Source: Microthyrium microscopicum
Lineage: Eukaryota
Direction of reading: 5' to 3'
Assembly (NCBI GenBank): GCA_010405405.1
Contig: MU004230.1
Location: 4,358,282 to 4,422,281, forward strand
DNA: 64,000 bases
The first letter of the stretch is position 1. Every line of letters begins with the position of its first letter. Below the pieces are notes generated by a model, which did no database searches, had not been told where the DNA came from, and saw only the letters and a list, made by a program, of their open reading frames with translations. The translations under genes and the position numbers were made by a program. Shown piece after piece: positions 37,401 to 49,475 of this stretch.

Positions 37401-40015
37401 AGCAATGACCTGAATTGTTTTTCCAAGACCCATCTCATCTGCCAAGATGCCATTCTTCTTGCGATGCCACTGATAAAATATCCAATTCATGCCCTCGATT
37501 TGGTATTTCATCAATTCTCCACCAGTCACGTTTTCAGGTTGTTCGAGCTTCTCAAGAATCTTGAAAGGTTCCTTCCGCGCCTTCTCAAGGCGAGCTCTCA
37601 TGGGTTGGCTTTTGGGAATATGCGTGTAACGACCGAGTACCCAGTCATTGTATGCGGTGACGAAATCGCTCCATCGCTCTGCCTCATCAGGTTCAGGCAC
37701 AACTTCCCAAACAGCATCCTCATATCCTAGGCCTTTGTACTTGATTAGCGCCTGATCGACTTCTCGGATTCGGGCGCGATCAATTTCATCAGTGCGAATA
37801 TCAATGACGCTAGAGTATTTGACATCCAAGACGATGTCGATTCTCAAATACTCCTCGGGTACTGCGCTGTCGGTAGTGGATTTCGGGGATGGCTCTCGTT
37901 TGTAGAAGGCTTTGCGCATGGAATGTGTGGCCACACCCCAAACCCAGGCACCTGACATCCACACAACCTGGAAATAGGAGTGACCCTCCCACTTTACCAA
38001 GTATTCCTTCTCGTCTTCTTCAATGTGTTCAACAGGGACACCAGCCTCGTAAGCATCCATGTCAATAGGACGCCAAGCCACAAGAGTTGACACCTTCTTG
38101 TCTGCAGTGTTGTGACAATCAAGACATTTCCAATCCAATGCATATTCTTGAAATCTTGAATCAGCCCGCTCAGCGTCGTCCGGAATAACCATATCGTAAC
38201 GCGATCGAGATGGCAAGTGTTGGAAATGCCACGCTCGATAGCAAGCAACGCAACGAAACATGGGTATCTTTGGATTATTCACAAGGTTTTGAGCAACGTG
38301 AATGATCGGTTCAACCCCGCCATTCTCTTCTCGCTCTCGCTGCTCTTGCATTGGGGTCTTGCGGTCTCGGAATGGAGTGCAAGAAGCGCCATTGTTCTTG
38401 CAGTCCTGGCACAGTGCCGCATTTGGAGCCGTTGGGTCCTTTCTACGAGTGGTATTGATGCATCGGCGACACTGTAAAACAAAGTTTTCATCCCCAATTT
38501 TGGTGACTAGGTGATCGCGACCTCCACGAGTTCCGAGACAGTTCTTGTGATAGGAGAACGAGCAGCCCTGACAATAGACCATGACACCGTGCGAATTATC
38601 CGAGTTGCGACATGTATCGCAGAATCTGAGATGGCGGGCTCTGAAGGGATCTCCGTTGGGCAGAGGTTTGAAGACTTCCTTGGAAGCGCTCGCGAAACGA
38701 GCTATAGGTTGCTCATTCTCATTCCCGTCAGAAGAGGAACGAAATATATCTTCCTCGCCGACCTCTGCCATATTGACATCGTGTCGATTGCGATCGGATT
38801 TTCGAGTTGGAGCATGTGATGTTCCATTACGTTTTCGTTTGCGCTTAGCACTAACATCAGATCGAATGATACCGTAGCTCTTGTCGTCCTCCTCAGATTC
38901 GTCCTCAGATTCAGATAAACGATGGGCAGTTGAACGCGCGACTTTCATCTGGCGTCTACCCTGTTTTCCAACACTGACGAATTTGACCTGTTGCTGCTTT
39001 TTCTTGTTCCGCTGGACTCGTGAACTACGTCTCGGCGCGTCGCTGTCTTCTTCCTCCTCGGAACTGCTTTCTGGTGGGCTTCTTACGTTGCCGCTATCGT
39101 CGGTGGAAGAGTTCATTGTACTAGATCCACTGTTGTCCAAGAAGAGCTGTGGTCGCTTCGCCTTTCTCCGTGGAGGGATAGATACCTGCCCTTGGAAGTC
39201 ATCCTCATCATCCTCGTCGCCTAGATCCACGGAATCCCAATTCTGAAAGCCTTTGGGGCGTTTGACTTGTGTGCGGTGTTGACGTGTCGATACCATTCTT
39301 ACGGAAGAGTTGTCTGAATCGTAATTGTTGGTACTGAGATCTCTAAAGGCGCTAGCCCCGTTTTCGAGTTCCAGTATGGTGTTTTGTGAAAGCTGTAAAG
39401 TTAGGAGGTTAGCTTGGTTGTATAAGGAGGTTGTAGCTTTGAGTATTAAAAGTGATTATAGAGCTGAAGTAACGGGCTATTATGTTTGCGGATCAAGATA
39501 CAGAGGAGGGTCGTGGAAGAAGAAGAGTACAAGATACAAGTCTCCAGCTTTTAAGCTTGTCAAAATAAGAAGGGGCTCCTGGAAAGTGGAGAGTGAACAC
39601 AAATTGTGAAGGTATGAAATGGTGAAGCTCTGAGTTTATGAGGGGGATATGTACTTACTTTCTCTGTATGGCCATCCTCAAACTTGACTTTGAACATTGG
39701 CTCGCCTCCCCTCTTTCGGCCTGATCGTTTAAGAACCTTCCATACTGTATTCTCGCCAGGTATCTCCACAAAGTCTTCCGAATTGTCTACGATCGGCAGG
39801 ATGACTTGAACTCGTCGCTTGTATGCAGCTTCCTCCGTAGGCAGGTTGATGGCGCTCCAGCCTGCTTGCGAGGTAGCCACCACTGGGCTAGGAGAGATTG
39901 ATGGTAACTTGAATTGTATGCCATCTTCGTCATCTGTTGAGTCGACGGAGACCGGGACACGGTCACTGTCCACGGACATGACCAGTTTCTTTCGTGAAGG
40001 ATGACCTGGTGGCAT
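34425..40015 (-). CDS. MIT1: CHD/Mi-2-type SNF2 chromatin remodeller, Mit1-like (PHD, chromodomains, helicase, C-terminal Zn finger)
   Basis: Exon 1 (39659-40015) joins the 1623-aa ORF in frame through intron 39393-39658; probable in-frame intron 35700-35747. PHD 'CDTC...CQGCSFSYHKNC', chromo 'EYLVKWEGHSY' and 'IKYKGLGYEDAVWE', ATPase 'LADEMGLGKT', 'IVDEGQRLKN', 'QALSRAHRIGQ'. Confidence 0.9.
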
Positions 40016-40472
40016 TCTGGTTGCAGGAACCTCTGACCACTGCGCGCGTGATGTGTTGGACGTCTAGCAGTATTGCGTTGGGATTGAAGAGTTGGTCGGC
40101 GCGGCGAAAGCAGAGGAAGAGTAAGCGAGCATAGTTTGTAGCAGGAATTGAAGATTGGCGCAGAGTACAATAGATTGGTGAAGTTACCTCTGATGAATAG
40201 AAGTCGCGTAGCTTAGCCCTAGCCCTTCCTGCGCGCTCCACGTCTTAGAGATGGAACAAGGGGCCATACATCAGCCAGGGGGGTGATCTGGACTTCTAGG
40301 CGAAAGCCTTCTTGTTTAATCCAATTAAACACGCCTAAAACCATCAAAGCTTTGTCTAGCGTGCCCCTTTCGACGATTCCCAATTAGGCTTTGGAAATTA
40401 TTTTTCCAAACTTCAATCGTAAGTCTGGCTTTTGAGTTGTTTATTGCTGCGCAACCAGTGATAATCGCAAGT

Positions 40473-42699
40473 ATGATAAGACTCGTAGCTAGGTACAATC
40501 CTACTGCTGTTAGACATTCCCTCAGGCTTCCTGTATCTTCTGTGCGACTCTTATCCGTCAATTCTGGAATCAATCAAGGCTTGCGCGCAGAATCCAGATC
40601 TCGACGACCATCAAGGTCTTCGGACCGCACCACCAGCGCTGCTCGCTCGAGGACGCCTGGACGAGAGGAACGCTTTCCAAGGAAGTTTGGCGGAGGAGAG
40701 TCCAGTGGACGAAGTCGTCCTTTTCGCTCCAGATCTGACGCCCCAGAAGACTCGCTTCGTAGGCAATCTCGAACGTCAGACTCAGAACCCAGGAAGCCAT
40801 ACAGGGATAGTGATCGCGAGAGACCCGAGCGGCCAACCTCGAGATTTCAGAGAGATCCCAACTCCAGGACCTCACCATCCAAGCCATGGCAGTCAGAGGG
40901 TTCACGATCTTCAGCCCCAGATAGAAGCCGTTTTTCGCGGTTTGAGGGCTCTTCGGACCGCCCTGACAGGTCTTCGTCACGCTTTGAGAAACCATCGAGA
41001 TCTGAGGCTCCAAGTTCACGATTCGGAAGGCCATCTTCCAACACCAGGTTCGAAAAGCCGGCATCGAGATTTGAAAAACCAACATCGAAGTTCGGAATGC
41101 CACCCTCGCGGTTCGAGAAGCCAGCATCAAGATTTGAGACGCCGACGTCAAGGTTTGAGAGGCCGACATCAAGATTTGAGAGGCCGACATCGAGATTCGA
41201 GAAGCCAACTTCGAGATTCGAGAGACCTTCAAAACCCGACCGCTCAGAATCACGATTTTCCAAGCCATCAACCCGGGAACAATCGGGTTCTAGATATGAG
41301 AGACCTACGAGGTCTGCAAGAGATGAGATTGAGGAGGAAGAGTCTGAAGATTTTGAGGCGTTGATCCCTGAGATAGACGATCAACCATCACGAGTACCAC
41401 GATCTCCTAGGCCTTCGCGGACTCCGACTGCAGACAAATATGGGAGCAAGAGACCTCGCTCAACTCGGGTCGAGGAGCAAGAGGATGATGACAACCTCGC
41501 TTTGCATTCTGAAACATCCCCCTCTGAATTGAGACCAGGAACCAAAGCACCAAATGGCATGCCAATCACCACTGCAACGTCCGAGTTCGTATTCGGCCGC
41601 AATGCCGTTCTGTCTGTTCTTAGAGGAGGCAGACGAAAGATGTACAAGCTATACATCCATAAGCGAGCCCTAGGAGACGAAAAGGATGCGCAGGAGTTTT
41701 ACAAGGAACTTCGAGATCTTGCACACGAAAGTGGCATAGAAGTGACCAAAGTTGGCCAGGACTGGTTGCCACTCATGAACCACGTCGCCAAAGCAAGTCC
41801 TCATAATGGATGTATCCTCGAAGCAAGCCGATTACCTACCCCAGCTGTGACACATCTGGCAAAATACGACATGGAGAAGCACCAAGATAGCTTCATTGTC
41901 AACGTTGGACCCTCCTCCCTGGCCAAAGTTGACCGTCCACGAAAAGCTACGACCAATCCAGTGGTAGTCCTTCCATGTAACCTGGTATGTTCAGTTATTG
42001 CTCTTTTGACATGCCGCAGATTACTGATCCATATTCTATAGACCAATACAGCCAATCTGGGAGCCATGCTTCGATCAGCCTACTGGTTCGGCATCGACGC
42101 AGTTGCTCTTCCAGAGCGTGGAAGGTAAGAATAGAAAGAAATATTTATTATGGTTACTAACACATCTCAGTGCTAAAACTGACACTACAACTCTCAAAAC
42201 ATCCTCCGGAGCCTCCGAAGGTGTGAATATCTTTACCGTACGTAAGATTGAGGATTTTGTCACCAAAAGCAAAGAGGCCGGCTGGGAGGTTGTCAGCGCC
42301 CTCCCTCCAAATCCCAAACAGCGTACCAATGAGGCCAAGTCTACCATCCCCATTCCATCCGCGGACAGCCAATTAGCAAAATTACGACAAGAACGGCCTG
42401 TTTTATTGCTACTTGGAGGAGAGGAGCACGGTGTTCCATTTGACCTCTTGAAGCACGTGCAGACCAAAGTCAGCATTGCTGGTGGAGAGGACGATAAGCT
42501 TGGGGTGGACAGTCTCAATGTCAGCGTTGCAGCATCACTTATTTTCGCGGAATTGGCCAAACCGACTCGTGTCGGCGCTGTGGCTAAGGACGACCTGGAA
42601 TCTGATACTGGAACCACCACAAAGGCTGACCAAGAAGAGGTCATATTCGAGATTGATGATTCGGAAGAGCCAAAAGTCGCCGCAGTGGCATCACTATAA
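40473..42699 (+). CDS. MRM1: Mitochondrial rRNA 2'-O-methyltransferase (SpoU/TrmH family, Mrm1/Pet56), 3 exons
   Basis: R/S/L-rich mitochondrial-type presequence and 'EFVFGRNAV'. Introns 41985-42041 and 42125-42170 give the SPOUT motifs 'NLGAMLRSAYWFG', 'LLGGEEHGV' and 'VDSLNVSVAA'. Confidence 0.88.
41043..41231 (+). repeat. 21-nt coding tandem repeat, 9 copies, consensus SRFE(K/R)P(T/A)
   Basis: Protein reads TRFEKPA SRFEKPT SKFGMPP SRFEKPA SRFETPT SRFERPT SRFERPT SRFEKPT SRFERPS, with synonymous divergence between units. Confidence 0.92.
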
Positions 42700-43690
42700 A
42701 AGCATGGAATCATTTTTGGAAAGGTCTTGGTTTGTTTGGGTTTGAGCATAGCTTGAGGAGGCTTCATTTCGCATTTGAGAAGTTCTGATACGCATTTGAA
42801 GGAGTTGGGAAGCGATAGAATCAGTTTTCTTGACTCCAACTTATGATACCTTGTACAACTACCTGTTACTCTACTCTACATCATGGATTTCGGCGCTCTC
42901 TGTTTGTATATTCATTTCATTTTTGTAATATCACTGTACATTACCTCGAGCATCTGACCTGTAAATAGAAACTCTGGGTCCTTGCGTGTGGACGTCTCAT
43001 GCTCAACTATATATTTTCACTATGGCACCTGCGGCCAAACTTCATGACAAGCTCGGAGTGTCTGAAGAACATCACTGACACATATGACATGTGCGCAGCG
43101 AGTAACCTTCCCTTCTGGCTATGCCCCTTCAGCAATAATGCAAATTGCAGGATGACGTTGTTCTATTTTCTCGGGTCACATCGTACCAGATGTCCAATCA
43201 AAGCATATATCAGAACACTAAAGTGCCATAAGACTGGTAAGTGTGATCTCCAGTATCACTATCTTTTATCACATTCGAAATCACTGACCTTTATCACACC
43301 TTGAAACAGGTCGCTAGGCGCATCCTTCACCTCATAAAGGGCAGCTTATCCACCCGTAACGACATCGCCGACCCAAACTGGCATAACATAGGTCAAGTAA
43401 GCTTGGGCTTAGCTGTCTTGAGCAGTATTCAACAGGTGTAGCTTCCTTGATAGCAACCTTCACGTCTCCTAGGTGACGGTGGGCACGTGTCGGTGGTAGC
43501 ATAGCTCTGTTTCCATCACTTTCCGTCAACCTCGACACCTGACCACCGCACAAACACTTGCCCATAAAAACTTTTGTCTCAATCGCTTTCCAGTTCAACT
43601 ATATACCACCCATCAACAACTGAACAAAAATTGCATCACTTCCTCCTTAGACAACTTCGACAACCCGACTTACACCCAAACTCATTCATC

Positions 43691-45007
43691 ATGTCAACTC
43701 CAAAGAAGGAATCCACCTCGTCTCCGGTGAAAGGCGCTATGTCGTCTCCAAGCAAAGCCGTTCCGGCCTCTCCTGCCATCAAGCGAACTTACACGCCTGA
43801 TGAAATCTTTGCCATCGCAGTAAGTTGCACTGCCGTTGTCCTAGTGATATTGGCGCGCGTCGGGCTCAACTTTTGATGCTAACATACTCCAGGCCAGTGA
43901 CCCAGATCGGCAGTACTTCGTCTGCGAGCATCCAACGCGCTGCCCGCATCAAAGCCAGATCCTCGTCGGTCAGGAAGGATCTCGCGGGGTCGTCTCTGAT
44001 CTCTTTGGCCGCAACAAAGGCGCGGCGCTTGCCCAAAAGCGCCAGATCATCTGGTGTTTGCGGCACTATCAACTCGACTGCCAGAACAACCCTCAATGGC
44101 AGTTTCAACGTCTTGAGCTGGCTCGCGACCAGCTAGTCCGAAATGAGGAGGATCATCCAGGTAAGATTTCCCCGTGTCAACCCACATTTCTTGACGATAT
44201 CCGATAAAACGAAAAAAACATCACATCTCCCATCGCGCTCGATGGTAGCCATCGAGTGCGATGGCTGTTCCACGACTCCAGCTCGCAGAGACTTGGTGGT
44301 CTTTTCGGCTTCATTTTTGAACGACATGTGTTCGAGCCCAAAAGACCATACCTCCCATCGCACTGGATATCTACCATGAGATATGTTCCTGATCGAGTGC
44401 TATGGGACCCATCGAATGCGATGGGAGTACTACGTGATTGCGGCATAGGGGCCGGATGGTCTTTTCAAGCGTTTTGCCTCTGTTCGTACTCTTATACTAA
44501 CCAATTCCAGGCATCACCTATTGGATCACCCTGAAGAAAAACCAGGCCGAGCGTGTTCTCGCCTACATCAATGATAAACCCGATCCAAAATTTCAACATT
44601 CAGCATCAGGAACGATGAGAGGGAAATCATACAATGCGCCTCTCAACATCCTGATGCACATCCACGCCAAATTTGTGGGCAAGAATCGCAGTGTCCAGGA
44701 CTGTCGGGATTTGCTGGATTGGATTGCGGAGAAGCTCCGCAGCAATCAGATCCGTCAAGTGCCTCACGTCGAAATGATGCCGTTCCTTCTCCCTGCCAGC
44801 AAGATGGGCGCCAAGGATGCTTGTGCCCAGATCCTGGCTCGCAAAGAGGACGGACAAGACACAGAATATGACGAGTGGAACGTGGAGGACCAGGCGGACG
44901 ATGATGAGTACGAGGGAGAGGAACTAGACGCCGACGAGGAGGAGTCTCAGGAAGACGGCATCAAGGAAGAGCGTGAGGGTGGAGGAGAAGTGGAGGAAGA
45001 CATTTGA
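43691..45007 (+). CDS. Uncharacterised ascomycete protein with a Cys/His 'FGRNK...C..HYQ' domain (ORP1-like family), 3 exons
   Basis: ATG at 43691. Introns 43820-43892 and 44161-44510 give a continuous frame. Exon 2 reads 'FVCEHPTRC...RGVVSDLFGRNKGAA...IWCLRHYQ', resembling the fungal 'RKVVSHIFGRNK...CRKHYQR' motif. Acidic tail. Confidence 0.75.
44161..44510 (+). mobile_element. 350-nt highly palindromic spliceosomal intron, candidate introner-like element
   Basis: CAG|GTAAGA...ACTAAC..TTCCAG|G. TCCAGG direct repeat at both junctions. Hairpins at 44230-44245/44249-44264 (16 bp), 44297-44305/44340-44348 and 44352-44362/44417-44427. The palindromic module is duplicated internally. Confidence 0.55.
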
Positions 45008-46553
45008 TGCTTCCTTCTTGAAGTAGGGTTGTACGATAGGCGATTTACATTTGCTGGCGCGAAAGGCCTTGGAAACGGTTGAGCAGCATCGTCCTGTCAG
45101 CAAGACGTCTTGCTCATGCATTGTTAGACTACAGCATAAATACTTGTATCCGTTTGTGTATTTTCTTGTCCCAATTTTCTCTATCACTGACAGCAAATGA
45201 CGGCATAGCTAATTGGTTCCTATACGGTTCGAACTGCAGCATATCGTTGATAAGGAGACAAACTATAGGTTTCATTTTCATCTGCAATTCATGCTTCTGC
45301 ATCTGCTTCAAGTCCAGGATTCCACCACCCACAGAGCCGGCATCCAATGGCATTGATGAATAGAGGTATGAGCCCAACTCAAGGCACATCATTAGCCAGA
45401 AACAGACAGATAGAATCGCTGCGTCACATCACTAGTTTTCTGATTACTGATCATATCTAGAGGCCCTTTCAACGCACGGTGTAGCAGCCAGAACAGGTCT
45501 GGATTAGGAAATATCTCAGAACCGGTGCGTGACAACATCGAGTGCCCTGGAGTATTAGGAATCATTTTGGAGGAACGAGACGTCGCGAATGCGTTTGCAG
45601 ACACCAAATGCCCATGAAGGTTGGAGAGCAACACCATGAAGTTAGGTAAAGGCAGTGCCAAGCATCACGAACTTCTTGATTAGGAATAGCTTGTGCCGCC
45701 ACGAGAACCAGCACTAATCAACGTGGCTTTACCTCTTCCATCAGGCTGACCTTGCGTTTCCATGCTTTTGACACATTTGACCTTTGACCTGTTATTTTGT
45801 CACCTGCATACTAGTCATTCGAAAGCCATCATTCTGTTCTCCGCAACTGGCTAACTCAGGAATGAAACCACAGAGTTGTGAATATACCGGCCAAGAAGCC
45901 GTGATCGGCTAGAAATACTAATAACTCTCTTAGTAGTCATATTTGCCATAGAAACAGTCGGGTGGTAAAAAGAAAGATAAAGGCGCACGAAAGATGGGGC
46001 GAATCTTACGAATATATCACGATCCTTGCGCCGGAAACGAACCAAAGAAACCGGAGGCAAGCGTAATCGCAACAGCGTTGATTTGTGAGAGGAGACCAAC
46101 CACATGGCCAACCATGGTGGCAGCTGGGTCTTTCCGGAACCGAACGCTTTGTGGCCCAGTGAATTAATAATCATACACCCCAGCCTGCATAATACTTACC
46201 GGGAAACCGCTTTTGGGTCTTGAACAGACCCACCCAATTATCTGGAGATAGACTATGCGCAAGGCATAACTACAGACCCAATTCCTCCTTTTATATCGCG
46301 GTTTAAACACGCTCAGTGTAGTCGAATTTCAGCCTAGATCTGCCGCTTATTACCCCACATTTTACAACTCCTCCCCACTCTTCCTTGGTGTATCATTTCT
46401 CAAGTCCCTACCGCTGATACGCTCGCCTTATTGGCATCGTCCTTACACCAAAACTGGCAGCAGTTCTCTCAAGCTATTTCTCCTATTTTCGACTGACGAT
46501 TTGATCTCTATATCTACCTGAGCTTTGAAGAAGGACTTCTTCGTGACGTCACC

Positions 46554-47397
46554 ATGGCTGGAGACAACTACGGAGTGACTTTATACACCTACCACGGCTG
46601 TCCTTATGCGCACAGGGTGCATATCGCACTTGCCGAATTGGGAGTAAAGTATGAAGAAGTCATTATCGATCTCGACAAGCCACGCGAGCAATGGTACTTG
46701 CAACAAGTCAACCCTGTATGCATTGCCTAACAATTCCACTCTAGTCACTGACCAATATACAGAGAGGCCTTGTGCCGGCGCTGAAAATATCATCTTCGGC
46801 GCTTGGCGGAGAACATGTTCTCATTGAATCTGAAATCATCGTTCAGTTCCTTGCCGATGTTGTCCCTGGTGTATTGGCACCAGCCTCGAATACTCCGCAA
46901 GGCGCCATCGCCCGCGCTCGCATCAACTATTTCATCGATACCTGGAATACCAAGGTTGGCAGCTTCATGTTCAATCTCTTCCGGGTTCAGACCGACGTAG
47001 AGCGCGAGGCCTGTAGCAAGGAGTGGATTGCTGCTATTAAGAAGGAGATTGAGCCTCTACTATCTGATGCCAAACCGTTCTTCGGTGGCAGCCCAAGTCT
47101 TACCTTGGCCGAAGTAAGTTCATCATATCCGTCCTTGGGATCTTCGTTCTAACCTGCGTTCAGGTCAATGTGGCACCGTTTGTTCTCCGCATTTATGCCC
47201 TTGCGGGTGCAGACGTGCTACCCAAATCGTTGACTGATGGTCTCGATGGCCTGCCCAATTTCACCAAGTGGGCACAAAGTGTTCAACAAGTTCCCAGTGC
47301 ACTCAACATCTGGGACGCGCCCAAAGTCGTGGAGCGGACTAAGGAACGTCTGGAGCGCATGAAGCATGCCAAACAGCCTCAAGCTGCCAAGGCCTGA
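46554..47397 (+). CDS. Glutathione S-transferase (Cys-type, omega-like), 3 exons
   Basis: Introns 46716-46762 and 47114-47163. Motifs 'GCPYAHRVHIAL', 'VNPRGLVPAL', 'ESEIIVQFLAD', 'PFFGGS..LTLAEV..APFVLR'. Confidence 0.93.
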
Positions 47398-47897
47398 AAG
47401 GCTTTGCGATCGATTGTTTACTTTGCTGCCTATCTGGGATGATCAGATGATTTACGGCTGACTTGGCTTTGTGAAGTGTGTCTGCTATGCTTTTATATCT
47501 ATGGAGTTGAGCGATTGCATTACTGTTACTTGCGCAATGCGTTAATTGAGCACAAGGACTGACGAGGTAGTAACACCAAATGATATTTATATACTAGGTC
47601 GAAGGACAAATGTTCTTCTGATGTCTAGTGATGCTCGGGATATGCAATGTTGCAAACAATCGTTGATGACGTTACATGTTTTATTCCTTTCTTTCCTCTA
47701 TCCCACCATCGCAAAGCCAATACACCATTTCGTCCCATCCATTAAACAACAACCCGTATAAAAAGACAAAAACAACGGAGGTATCAAACACCTGGGAATG
47801 CATGTCTTCGTGAGAAGCCTGGTCTAGTTGTGAATGACAAAAGTAAGTTGAAAATAAAACAAAGATGGTAGGAAATCGATCGGCGTAGCGCACAATG

Positions 47898-49475
47898 CTA
47901 CTTGGACGCCCGTCGAGCCTTCTTGCCGGCTGGAGGTTTGCTGTCATCTGCTCGGATATCAAGCAGGACATTGGCAGCACGAGCGTCTGTGAATCGAAGG
48001 CCCTTGTTCTGGGGAGATACAATGGCAGGCTGTGGATCCTCAGCCATAGCAACGTCTGGAGTTTCCAACTCGTCTTCCTCTTGCGATGAGTGGCGACGTT
48101 TGGTGGTTCGTGAATGGAGTACATCCGCCAACACCAAGGAAGATGCCGCTGGAGGCTCGCCAAGAGGAGTCGTGGAACGCGTATGCAGAGCGGCAAGTGT
48201 CTCTGCTGCTTCCCTCTCGACTTGTCCATATCTCGCGCTGTGTAGATTTATGGGTGTCCAATTCGTCTCGCGAAATACAGGGCGGTCGGAAGAATCGAGT
48301 GGTGATGAGCTTGGATGCTGCGATCCTTTGGCGTGGCCAGTCAAAGGTCTGCTTTTTGGGCTAACCTCAGGACTATACAAGGTCGGCTGGACAGGTGTGG
48401 ACGACTGCGAGACGATTGATTCCCCGTAGGGAGATGCGGCAGGTGTCAAACTAGAGGCATAACCGGTCATCGTTCGGTAGTGGCTTGCGATTCCAAGGCC
48501 TTTTGGACTAGAAGAAGGGCCCGGGGTCCATTCTCGGGGATTTGGTTGACGATTGGGCGTGAATGGTGTACGAAGATCAGGACTTGCTGATTTCTTCGCT
48601 TCCGCAGCGGCGAGCCACTCGTTGGCCTCCTTGATACAATCTTGGACGATAGACTGATCGATGTCGAAGCGACTGAAGGCTTTGTGCCCCGGTGGAATAC
48701 AAAGCTCCATGAAGTCTTCTCCAAAGACCGGTACCAGGAGGAAACGTATGTTGAAGCAGAATGTAGCGGCGAGAGCTTTCGCAGCCTTATACGGTACCCA
48801 ATATCCTTGAGCCTCCAGGTTGCCTCCTGTGATGCTATGGCTTATTCCCTTGAGACCTGGTGTGGTGTTGAGTGCCTTGTTGGGAGTTGTCTGCAATTTG
48901 TTAGTTAGATTCTGCTGAGCGAGTACAGTGACATACCTTTGGAAAGCCACAAGCTTTGAAAATGTTGGTCATACGGACCAGACCATTCATATAATCCCAG
49001 TAGATGAAGAATTTCTTGTTTGGGTCGAGAGAGTCTGGAAGCTTGAACTCATACACGAACACTGGCAAACTCAGCAAACGGAACTGGAGCATGACACTCA
49101 ATTGACCGGGTCAAAGTGCTTACCTTCAAACGCGCTTCTTCCAGTTAAAGCCCCAAAGCGCTTCTTCTCGCTTGCATACGGTATGTGTGATGCATATTCA
49201 ATAATATTGCCTAAGGGAAACACGCTGTGTTTCTTGTGCTCTTTATGAAGTAAGCTTCCCACGGGAGCATCGTGCGGTGGATAGTTGATAGGCTGCTTGG
49301 GCCGCGACGTCCGATATACAGGCTGATCTTTCGCCGACTTCGTGGTTGGCTGGGCTGCGATGTATGGTGGTAATGGTGCTGGATGCTGATATTGACTTTG
49401 TAGTTGTCGTAGCTCCTGCTGTCGTTCCCGTGGTCTCTCTGGAGCAGAGGGGTTCAGTAGATCTTGGATGTTCAT
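47898..49475 (-). CDS. APSES/KilA-N DNA-binding transcription factor, Xbp1-like, 3 exons
   Basis: ATG at 49475 (MNIQDLLNP); introns 49062-49123 and 48891-48936. Motifs 'HIPYASEKKRF..LTGRSAFEVF.YEF', 'WDYMNGLVRMTNIFKAC', 'HSITGGNLEAQGYWVPYKAAKALAATFC'. Confidence 0.88.

Noticed and set aside
41043..41231. CRISPR-like periodicity
   Set aside because: Eukaryotic coding tandem repeat with no spacers and no cas genes.
40570..41364. Long antisense and alternative-frame ORFs over MRM1 (also over TOP2, the ABC gene and the CHD gene)
   Set aside because: They are shadows of codon bias and the 21-nt tandem repeat in real genes.
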